Shown here: one piece after another, positions 41,005-50,768 of the stretch | How the letters are laid out: each line of letters starts with the position of its first letter | Position numbering within the stretch: position 1 is the stretch's first letter | Source: Stegostoma tigrinum | Lineage: Eukaryota | Reading direction: 5' to 3' | Length of the DNA: 64,000 nucleotides | NCBI RefSeq assembly: GCF_030684315.1 | Contig: NC_081371.1 | Span: forward strand, 24,609,440-24,673,439 | Translations under genes and position numbers: made by a program | The notes under the pieces: model-generated | Databases searched by the model: none | Told to the model about the DNA's origin: nothing | What the model saw: the letters and a program-made list of their open reading frames with translations, nothing else

Positions 41005-41240
41005 CGGCATATTACCGGACTCCGCACGGCGGATCCAGCTACCTCTCCCGGTTCACAATCCCCCACCCTCCCTCGGCCTCTCCTGGTGATCGATATATCA
41101 AGGTCTCCGTCCCGGCCAGTTCCTGGTTTGGGTAAAGTTAGCGACTCTCTGACCTTTGGGCCGGATTTTGCAGCCTCTTTATCCGAGCCCCGGCCCCGGA
41201 ATCTGCTGAATTTTTTGTTACAGTTTGGAGCTAGTTGGAT
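41005..41240 (-). other. FOXM1: Probable non-coding first exon of FOXM1 (5' end approximate)
   Basis: CpG-rich segment ending at a strong donor CCG|gtgagt (41005), just downstream of the CCAAT cluster. TSS not determinable from sequence. Confidence 0.55.
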
Positions 41241-41530
41241 TTTTTTTGAATTTCCAGCGTTCTGTCAGCACAAACCAATCGAATCATGCCGTTGCGATCA
41301 GGTGGCACTGGGGAGTCCAATCAGCGAGCTTAACGCCCCTGGTTGGCGGAGACTTTAGAACGCAAATGTACCAATCAGTAGCAACAGTAAAATGTTGCCG
41401 TTTGGCGCCGGACAACCAATAAGAGCAGTGCAACCGTTTCCCTCAGCCAATAGGAGGGACGAAGCGGATCCGGAGAGTGGGGAAATTGAAAGTAGGATGC
41501 ATGAAGGTGGAAAGGGCCATTGAAATACGC
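41240..41530. promoter_or_regulatory. FOXM1/RHNO1 bidirectional cell-cycle promoter
   Basis: CCAAT at 41275, 41317, 41371, 41416 and 41447; E2F site TTTGGCGC 41401-41408; CHR TTTGAA 41245-41250 and CHR-like TTGAAA near 41486 and 41520. CpG-rich, between head-to-head genes. Confidence 0.85.
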
Positions 41531-42776
41531 CATCGGAGCAGCAGGTATACCGTAGATAGAAATAGGCAAGTGTGGCTAATGGGAGTCAGAGACTCGGGCT
41601 TTTAAGGAATGTGGAGAGAGCACCTTGTAACTGTATTTAAGGAGATCATAGTTCTAATACAGTGCAACTGGGATAGAGACAATACTGTATGCGTGGATCA
41701 ATAAAGATTTTGGGTGGTTACAGCTCGATTTAAAATATCGGTCACTACTGTCTCTGAGATAGAATTTAAAGCACAGAAACAACTCTTGTCCTTCAAAAAA
41801 TAGCTCTCTTTTTCAATAATAGTGTTATATCGTTTTGCTTTATCTCATCCTCCTAATCTTTCCCCCTTCATGTACTTGTACTTGTGTCCTTAAATGCACT
41901 GAATTCGTCGCAGCAAAATAATCTTTACCATGTAAGCTTATTCAACATTAGTTTAACACTAAAAGTCTTTTGATCATACATAGTTTGTAAAGTAATGCAT
42001 TGAGAGATGGAATATTTCATACATCATGCTCGTCTCCTTTTGGAATAGCACAATTACAAAGGACGATCGAGTTAGGATTAACACAGTGGAAGGGTATTAC
42101 AATGTAACACCATTCAGGTAATTACAAATGGACGTGAAACTACACACTTGAACTGTTTGGTACATTCAATACTTTTTAGAGCAATATGTGCTTCCTGGAT
42201 CTTCTATCTGTCAAGCCTAACCCATTCTGTCATTTAAGATTGTAGCATCTGCTGAAAGGATATGCTGCCTCACAGCTTAAAGCTCATTTTATTGTCATAG
42301 ATTGATGTTAGATTTCAGAAATTGAGACTCTGGTGTGTTTTTTTTAATATATAAACAACTCATTTTGATACAGCAACATGTTTAGAACATCAGAAAGTGA
42401 GAATACTGGTATTGCAACCAGTAATCAGAGTTGTTGAGACCCATACTTACAGTCAAGTAAACAAATGTTTGCTTATTTAAATAAGAACCTGACATTGGTG
42501 AGACAAATGATAATTATTCCTTGAAGTATTCCTTTGATATTGGTATTTACTGTCTTTGTTTGAACAATTAAAAATGTATTTTTACATCAAATCTGTAATA
42601 CTGGGGAAGAGGAACGTGCTAGTAAGAACTTAAACATATTCATGTTTTGATGGAACCCTTGTCCTCTGGCAAATCTCTTCAGATCGTACCTTTTAAATTG
42701 ACCTTGTTTTGTACCCCTTGAGGTTGAAGCCTCTTGGCAGTTACAAATTAACATTTTTCTAGAAGACTAAATGCAA

Positions 42777-43932
42777 ATATGTAAGGTTTTGGAGTAGATT
42801 TGTAGCTCGGGTTGTGGGTGTTGAGGTTGGTTGGCTCGCTGAGCTGGTTTCTTGTGGACAACACCTTTGTCATCATTAAACGGACCAAATTAGAGGAGAT
42901 ACACAAACATATAAACAACACACACCCCAGAATAAAATTCACCAGAGAGGAGGAAAAGAACAAACAGCTCCCATTCCTGAACATCATGGTAGAGCGCAAA
43001 ACAAATGGGGATCTGCAAATGAAAGTACACCGAAAAGGCACACACACAGACCAGGTAGTGAACTTCAACAGTATCCATCCCAGCACACACAAACGAAGCT
43101 GCGTGCGAACACTATTTTAAAAAAGGACAATAACACACTGCAGCAACACAGAACTGGGCCAACAGGAAGAGTACCTCTTCCAGGTTTTCAATGATAATGG
43201 ATATCCAAAAAACTGGGTCAAAAGATGCCTACACGAACAACATTAGAAAGATACCACACTCATCACACTACCCGACATCAAGAACACGTCAGAACTCACC
43301 ACAAGACTCCTACACCGCTAGGTACCAGAGTGGCAGGCAAGTCCACGTCAACCCTATGACAAGTGCTCACCTGAACTAAAAACCCACTCCCTGCCATGGA
43401 CAGGACCAATGTTATCTACAAGATCCCCTGCAGAGACTGTGAGAAACACTACATCGGACAACAGGAAGGAAACTAACAACAGAAGTATATGAACACCAAC
43501 TGACTACAAAAAGACACGACCAATACTCACTCATCTCAATCCACATAGATATGGAAAACCATGACTTCAACTGGGATAACTCAAAATCCTGCTCTTCTGC
43601 GGCTTCGTCTGCTGTGTTCATCCAGCTCTACACCTTATTGTACCAAAATCTTGGGACAAGCTAGGCAGAGACAGGTACAAGAATTCCCAGAAGCTTGGCA
43701 CTCCATGAAGCATGCTATCAATAAACATATTAAACTCGACCCCATATACGTTCCACTATGAAGGAAAATCGGAAATGAGGCAATTCATCTCAATGGACCC
43801 CAGAGTTTTAAAAACCAGGTGGGAGAACACACTGATGCTTCATTGGAGGCTGCAGTGAGGATGTTACCCAGCATGGTAATGAAACGTCTGTGATACAAGA
43901 AACTGGCTCGGCGAGCCAATCAACCTAAATAC
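42777..43932 (+). mobile_element. Decayed Penelope/Poseidon-type PLE fragment (RT C-terminus + GIY-YIG + pLTR with degenerate HHR, short inverted 5' tail) in RHNO1 intron 1
   Basis: VDNTFVII..HINNTHPRIKFTREEEKNKQLPFLNIMV..VHRKGTHTDQ; NVIYKIPCRDCEKHYIGQ near 43408-43460; gtgagga-t-gttacc..ggtaat-gaaacgtc 43854-43888; 42820-42850 is the inverse of 43900-43932. Confidence 0.85.
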
Positions 43933-45064
43933 AAATATGGTTCAGTTTCTCCCTTTCAGTGCTGAATACAATGTTCAGTGCTATAACTTTTAATTAAAAG
44001 GTAGCCAATGTAAATTACCTATTCCTGGGCCAAGAGTACTCTGTTTAGCATTTATTTTTATGGCACTATTGTACACAGTTAACAAAACAGTTTTCCAATA
44101 TGGGAGTATGTAGAATAGGTCGGAGTGGATAATTTGGGATTGCACAGTGCCAAGACATACAGAGATGCCTGTTAAGAAATGAAATCATCTGTCAGTGTTT
44201 ACATAACCAGATTGCTCTATTTGGGATGCAAGGCACTGATAACTCTGTGTGAGGAGAGGAGCACCTCTTGAATCACCACACTTTCTCCCTGGCTCCATGC
44301 CCAACTGGCCACTCCCTTCCTCAAACAGTCCAAAACATCATTCACTGTTCTTTTCAACACTATAATGCAGGATTAACAGCAATATCTCTTCTCAGAAGGC
44401 TAGTTCATGAAGGACAGAACAGGAGCCAATCTTCATATGTTCTAATAGGTATTTGTTTAGCCTTTATGCAATGGATCTCTAACCTCAACGACCTATTTCA
44501 GTTTGGCTATTTATAGAGGCACAATGATTGCCAATGAAAATCCTTTATTTTGCATTTAATTGTATGAAGACGAAATTAGAAAAGCATCTTGTGTGAACTG
44601 CAGTATTACAATCTTTCCTCTAATAAAGGGAGGGATATGATTGGATGGGATATGGTACCATGAACTCAAATGTTTCTTTTACGTTGTTAGGTTCTAGAAG
44701 AAGTGAAACGGATAATTTTCCCTGATGTTGGATATAGTTTGGCAGGCGGGATTTACAGTTCTTGTCTTTTAAAAGGCAATAGTACAACTTATGGCGACGA
44801 ACACTATTTAAAAGAAACTACTTTGCTCCCTGCTATAAGATGGCCAACTATGTTCTATGTTTATATTTTACCAGTAAACATAAGTTATGATTAGACACAG
44901 CTATCCATGCCAAAGCACTTCTATTAACTGAAATTTTCTAAATCAGCAGAGATTAGGGATCAACTTGTTCTTGCATGTTTTTCATGTATTTGTGCACTGA
45001 ACTATTTAGTGATTTAAAAAATTTCTATTCGAATTAATTCCAAGGTAAAGATGTAGGATGCTTG

Positions 45065-45229
45065 ATGCCCCGCAAGAAGAAGTCGACCCAATCCAAGAAG
45101 CCCCCTTTGCAGTTTTTAGAGACCCCACAAAAAGGAGAGAAGTGTATACAAGTCGTGCCTCATCAATCTGCGGTAAACCCGTGTCATGCATCTTGCGTAC
45201 CAGTGGACCAGAGATCGTCCTTTACTTGG
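45065..45229 (+). CDS. RHNO1: RHNO1 coding exon 1
   Basis: ATG at 45065, donor TGG|gtatgt; 55 codons. Confidence 0.88.
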
Positions 45230-46965
45230 GTATGTTGTTTTATTTTGCACTTTTTAACATGAGAATACATGACCGGTCTTGACTACAATTCACTCTGATC
45301 CCTTAGACATCTCCAGTGCCTTTACAGTTTCAGCTTTGATTGCCACATTATGACAGAGCATTTTGATGGGCACAGGCCTATGGTTTCAATTTTTGGTTAC
45401 TGTGTTCAGACCCACGTTGTCACATATTGAAATGAAGAAACCTGCTGTCCCAAATCTGTATTTAACAGCCAAATACTGTCAATTAAGTAAATGTTTGCCC
45501 CTTTCAAATCTATAAAGTAGGTGAGTGTGTGTGTGTGTGTGTCTGTCTGTCCGTCCATCCCCTGGACAAATGTAACTGAAGTTCTATGCTATTCGTTTGA
45601 AAATCCATGTTCCACAAGTATGTATTTGGATAATTTACTGTCCTTTTTTTAAAAATAATCATCCCGGGTGTAGTCTCTTTGAAGGTGAAACCTTTGCTAA
45701 CTGATATTAAGGTAAATTAGTTGCTTTGTGAGAGGGAAGGTACAAATGGTCCTAAAGTATTGTGTGATCCAACATCTGTGTTTCTTTTGAGTCTAATGCA
45801 TAATCAGTAGACTGCAAAATCAAGACTCTGTCTCTGGTGCACTGCTGTAGGAGTGGTGCAGTGTTCAAGGGTGGATGTAAAAATTTGCATTAGTCTATAG
45901 TGAAAAAGCAATTAAGTTATTCCCAGGACCCTAACCAATATTTACGTTCAATTGTCTCTCATATATCCTACAACAATGACTACATTTCAAAAGTAATTTC
46001 CTTGGCTGTAAAATGCTTTAAGGTGTTAGCTTAGTTATGAATTATGCTATATAGATTTTTTTTCTCTTATCTTTTTCCAGGTGTTACCACAATTTGAGAT
46101 TTTGGACACAACACGAGAACTACGCAAATGTAACAAATCCGATCGCACGACAAAACATAACCACAAGAAGAAGCAGAGTACTGCTCTGAAAGCAGGAGCT
46201 GAGAGAAAAGTGCATAATAACTTTGTGCCTTTGACCTTTCTGGGCTGTGGTGCATTGCCTGTTCAGAAGGAGAACCACAAAGTTCATTCTGGCATCTGTC
46301 AGGAAGTTGGAACTCCTGGACAAACTCGACTACCAACAGATAAAACTTCACTTAAAGGCATCACCTCGCCAGGATTTAACGATGACAGTCTCTTTGGAAG
46401 GGTTCAAAATATAGATGCCCTGGGTCAGAAGCTCAGATGTCACCATCGAGGATCTGTGGCAAAAGACTTGTTTGGCAAAATAAACAGTGTCAAAAGCTCA
46501 GTAGGGGACATGCCCCTCAGTTCACTGAAATGCTCCAGTTTCAGTTCTCCATTGTATTGTTTGGACCACCAAAGTCGTGCAGAGTTTGTTGGTAAGGAGC
46601 TCTCCCTTGCTGATCACTTTGCGCAATCAGCTGATGAGGATTTCATCCTGCCACAAGTTAGCACTCCCACAATTGATAGCTTACTTCCAGTGGGTAGTTT
46701 GAGAGGAAATGTTAATAGATTAAGGGACAGGACACCAGACATACCCAATAGGATCTCTTTCCAAAGCAGACCAGAGGACTGCTTACAAACAAATTATGGA
46801 TTAAGTGATTTTTCTGAAGTATGCCTACCTCCAGAGCTTTGGGTACAGGACACTCCAGAACATGAATATGGATTCAAAGCGACCTGGCGAAGACGGCCAC
46901 ACATTGTGCAGTATTTGAAAGATCGTGGAAAACTAACCAGTAGCGATTTGCTTGTTGGCAAATAA
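45065..46965 (+). CDS. RHNO1: RAD9-HUS1-RAD1 interacting nuclear orphan 1, join(45065-45229,46081-46965), ~349 aa
   Basis: N-terminus MPRKKK..KPPLQF; junction TW|VLPQF matches the SWVxPxF 9-1-1-binding motif; C-terminus VQDTPEHEYGFKATWRRRPHIVQYLKDRGKL is RHNO1-typical. Phase-0 GT-AG intron; head-to-head with FOXM1. Confidence 0.93.
45525..45556. repeat. (GT)n microsatellite in the RHNO1 intron
   Basis: gtgtgtgtgtgtgtgtgtctgtctgtccgtcc. Confidence 0.8.
46081..46965 (+). CDS. RHNO1: RHNO1 coding exon 2
   Basis: Pyrimidine tract tctttttccag|GTG; 294 codons to TAA. Confidence 0.92.
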   Translation: MLPQFEILDTTRELRKCNKSDRTTKHNHKKKQSTALKAGAERKVHNNFVPLTFLGCGALPVQKENHKVHSGICQEVGTPGQTRLPTDKTSLKGITSPGFNDDSLFGRVQNIDALGQKLRCHHRGSVAKDLFGKINSVKSSVGDMPLSSLKCSSFSSPLYCLDHQSRAEFVGKELSLADHFAQSADEDFILPQVSTPTIDSLLPVGSLRGNVNRLRDRTPDIPNRISFQSRPEDCLQTNYGLSDFSEVCLPPELWVQDTPEHEYGFKATWRRRPHIVQYLKDRGKLTSSDLLVGK

Positions 46966-47416
46966 AGAGGATATTTGACCGTTTTGGGAAAAAAAAGTGC
47001 AAATAGTAATGTTTTTCATTTTAAATGGTATTGTCACTTAATTTAGTTACTGTTGACTACTTATAAAGAATATCTGGGAAATTGGCTGGCCGAAGCTACC
47101 TGATAGCATTATCCTTTGATCTGTCCATGTTGCTATGTAGCTCATTGAGACTCAATTCTTTAACGCTTATTGAAATTTTATATTTTGAACTCAATCCTCA
47201 ACTGTGCCATCTTCTGTGTTAGTGCAACATTGGGTTCAGACTTCATTTAAGTATCTAAATGTAATATAGAGTCAGATGTGATTTTGTGGAAAAGAACTGT
47301 AATTGGCTCATGCCCACAACAACTATGCTGTATATCTTTCCGAGGAATGTGTTTCAACTGATCATCCCACTACGCAATTAACAACACCTTTTTTTGCTTT
47401 TGCTCCAGATTTTTAG

Positions 47417-47422
47417 AATAAA
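47417..47422 (+). terminator. Candidate RHNO1 polyadenylation signal
   Basis: AATAAA ~450 nt after the stop, with T/GT-rich sequence downstream. Confidence 0.45.
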
Positions 47423-47788
47423 AGTCACTACTGTCTGTAAACTATTAGAATTCTACCTCGTTGATTTGGTTGATTTCAGATGAGCCAATATTGATTTGAA
47501 GGTCATAGCATAAAATGACCTAGAGCCTGGCAAAAAAAAAACTTTGACAATTTGAATTCGGTTGAGTGGTTAATTCAAGAAATGTGAATAATTTACCTGA
47601 TAACTGTTAAGAAGGGAATATATGAAAAATATGTTCCTCTACATGAATCCCTCTATCTTTTCCTCTGCTCCATACTAGTAAAATGAAAAATGACAAGAAA
47701 AACTGGGAAATTAGCCATTTTAACTGGGAAAAACTAGCTATTTTAATGTTATGAATTTCTCTTTTTAAAACTGTGTTCAGGGTGGTGG

Positions 47789-49251
47789 GTGATGACTCCC
47801 CTGTAGTGCAGACAAACCTCCACCCTGCACTGCTCAACTATGTGGCCCCCTCTGCTTTCTAAACTTATGAGAATACAAACCATGTTCACGTGACCTGCAT
47901 TTTCTCATCCTGGTACGATTCTACTGAATTGACACTTCACCTCCTCCAAGGTCAGTGAATCTTTCCCTGAACTGACGTGGTCAAAATGGAGGACCATGTT
48001 TACAAACTTATTTTGATATTTTTAACTGGACATTTTAAGCTGTTTTATTATTATCTCCAAGTGTCCTGAAAAACCTTTTTCTTTATCTATGGTATTCAAT
48101 GTGAGGCTACCATCTCCGACCCTTAACCCAGGTCACTCCACCTATATGCACAAGGATTTCAGATTGCTGGTATGTCCTCTGAACCGGTTCACTTGGCAAT
48201 TTTGATAGTTTGTAGTTCTACTGCCTTTATGGAGGCAGAATTAATGTTAATACAGATTCTGAATTTCCACCTTTTTTAGAAACACTAATTATTAGGAATG
48301 TGGTGTTAAACTGTACACTTGTCTTTGTGTGGACTGGATGTTGCCAAAGGTTTGAATACTCTGCAACTAATAAATAGAAAATTCTTGAATAGAAAAGGAT
48401 TTTCTTCATTCCATTGCTACTTGGAGAAGTGCAGAGAAAGATTTTGGGACATATAGCAGGCCAGAACTGGAGTGTAAAGATTTCAGAGGGTAGTGGTTTT
48501 TGAAGGAAGTGATAGGGTTAAAAACAAAGCAGACACGTTTGAAACTGAGACATTGTTTTTAAGGTCTTATTGAAAATTTGTAGCTCAGATTGTGGATGCC
48601 GTTATTTGTTTGCTAGCCTCGGTTGTTCCATGTAGACGTTTCGTTATCATTTTAGGTAATGTCATCAGTGTGACCTCTAATCGAAGCTTTGGTGTTCTAC
48701 TCGGTTTCAAGTTCAGAAGATCCTCTACCATGGTTCGTCTTGTCACTTCTGGTTCTATTTTTTTTTAGCCGCCGCCTGTATATGGGGTCTATTTCAATGT
48801 GTTTGTTCATGGAGTCCCATATTGAGAACGAGGCCTCCAGAAATTTCCTTCTGTGTTGAACAAGTGAACAACAGACATGCAAGGGACCCAGACTATATTG
48901 ACTGAAGAGTGAAGTAACCCGCCATTCTCCATATAAGTTCCTGGAGCTACCTACAGTGATCATAAATTGTATGCAAGGAAATTAGTGTAACCGTAGGTAT
49001 GGGTAATGGACTTCATAATATCTCTAACCACAACAAATCCAGCACTATGCTATCCTCCATTTTGACCACGTCAGTTCAGGGAACGATTCACTGACCTTGT
49101 AGGAGGTGAAGTGTAAATTCAGTAGAATCGTACCTGAAAATGCAGGTCACGTGAACATGGTTTGTATTCTCATAAGTTTAGAAAGCAGAGGGGGCCACAT
49201 AGTTGAGCAGTGCAGGGTGGAGGTTTGTCTGCACTACAGGGGAGTCATCAC
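47789..49251. repeat. Inverted repeat, ~200-bp arms (47789-47993 and 49053-49251), ~1.06-kb spacer
   Basis: By eye the arms differ by a few substitutions and one ~6-nt indel. Confidence 0.9.
48577..48860 (-). mobile_element. Poseidon-type PLE 3' end with HHR core
   Basis: Minus strand encodes RKFLEA..SMNKHIEIDPIY; CUGAUGA..GAAACGUC at 48635-48668 (stem II partly mutated); terminal gagctacaaat shared with 42777. Confidence 0.75.
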
Positions 49252-49406
49252 AAACCAAGAGGATGCTGCTGAGTACATTGTCTGTATACTACCTAAACAT
49301 TATTTAGCGATTGGGATGATTCTAAGATTCAGGCTGTTGCAGAAAGGATGTGGCATTACCTTTTACTGAAGAAACTGCTCCAAAACAAGGCTTTAATTAG
49401 AATGGA

Positions 49407-50753
49407 GATAACAAGGTGTAGAGCTGGATGAACACAGCAGGCCAAGCAGCATCAGAGCACCAGGAAGGCTGACGTTTTGGGCCTAGACCCTTATTCAGAA
49501 ATGGGGGAGGGGAAGGGGATTCTGACATAGAATAGGGAGAGAGTGGGGAGGTTGATAGAAGATGGATAGAGGAGACTGGTCAAAGAGGTGGGGATGGAGC
49601 CAGTAAAGGTGAGCGTAGGTGTGGAGGGAGGGAGGAGTAGGTCAATCCAGAAAGGACGGACAGGTCAAGGGGACAGGATGAGGCTAGTAGGTAGAAGATG
49701 GGTAGGTAGTAGGGGGTGGGGTTTGAGGTCAGAGGTAGGGGATAGATGGGAGGAAGGAAAGGTTAGGGAGGCTGGGATGAGCTAGGCTGGTTTTGGGATG
49801 GGCAATTTTGAAGCTTGTGAAGTCCACTTGGGAACCCTGCAGCCCAATGGTATCAAAGTGGAATAGGAGTTACTGTTCTTGAAACCTTCGGGTGGCATCG
49901 TTGTGGCACTGCAGGAGGCCCAGGATGGATCTGTCATCTGAGGAATGGGAGGGGAAGTTGAAATGGTTCACGACTGTGAGGTGCAGTTGTTTCTTGTGAA
50001 CTGAGCGAAGGTGTTCTGCAAAGCAGTCCCCAAGCCTCCGCTTGGTTTCCCCGATGTAGAGGAGTCCACAACGGGAACAGGAGTTGCAGAATACCACCGC
50101 AGATGTGCAGGGTTCGCACTAAACAACGGCACTTCTCAGTCACAAACCATTTCAACTCACCCTCCCACTCCTCAGATGACATGTCCACCCTGGGCCTCCT
50201 GCAGTGGCGCAACGATGCCATCCGAACGTTGCAGGAACAGCAACTCATATTCCGCTTGGGAACCCTGCAGCCCAAAGGTATCAATGTGGATTTCACAAGC
50301 TTCAAAATCTCCTCTTTCCCCCTACCACATCCCAAAAGCAGCCCAGCTTGTCCCTACCTCCCTAACCCATCCTTCCTCCCACCTATCCCCTCCTCCCACC
50401 TCAAGCCCCATGCCCATCTCCTACCTACTAACTTCATCCTGCCCCCTTGACCTGTCCGTCCTCCCTGGACTGACCTATCTCCTCCCTACCTCCTCACCTA
50501 CACTCACCTTCACAGGCCCCATCCCCGCCTCTTTGACCTGTCTGTCTCCTCTCCACCTATCTTCTCCTCTATCCATCTTCTATACACATCTCCCTATTTA
50601 TTTCAAAATCCTCTTCCCCTCCCCCATTTCTGAGGAAGGGTCTAGGCCCGAAACGTCAGCTTTTGTGCTCCTTTGATACTGCTTGGCCTGCTGTGTTCAT
50701 TCAGCTCTACACCTTGTTAGCTCAGATTCTCCAGAATCTGCAGTTCCCAATGT
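49407..50753. mobile_element. Older 5'-truncated Neptune-type PLE with inverted 3' end (minus arm ~49407-50090, plus arm ~50110-50753)
   Basis: GIY-YIG fragments on both strands (ORFs 49870..50097 -, 50103..50450 +); pLTR at both ends; degenerate TSD ctttaat(t/g)agaa(t/a)gg. Confidence 0.85.
50624..50661 (+). ncRNA. Hammerhead ribozyme motif in older PLE pLTR
   Basis: ctgaggaagggtctaggcccgaaacgtc. Confidence 0.7.
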
Positions 50754-50768
50754 CTTTAATGAGAAAGG

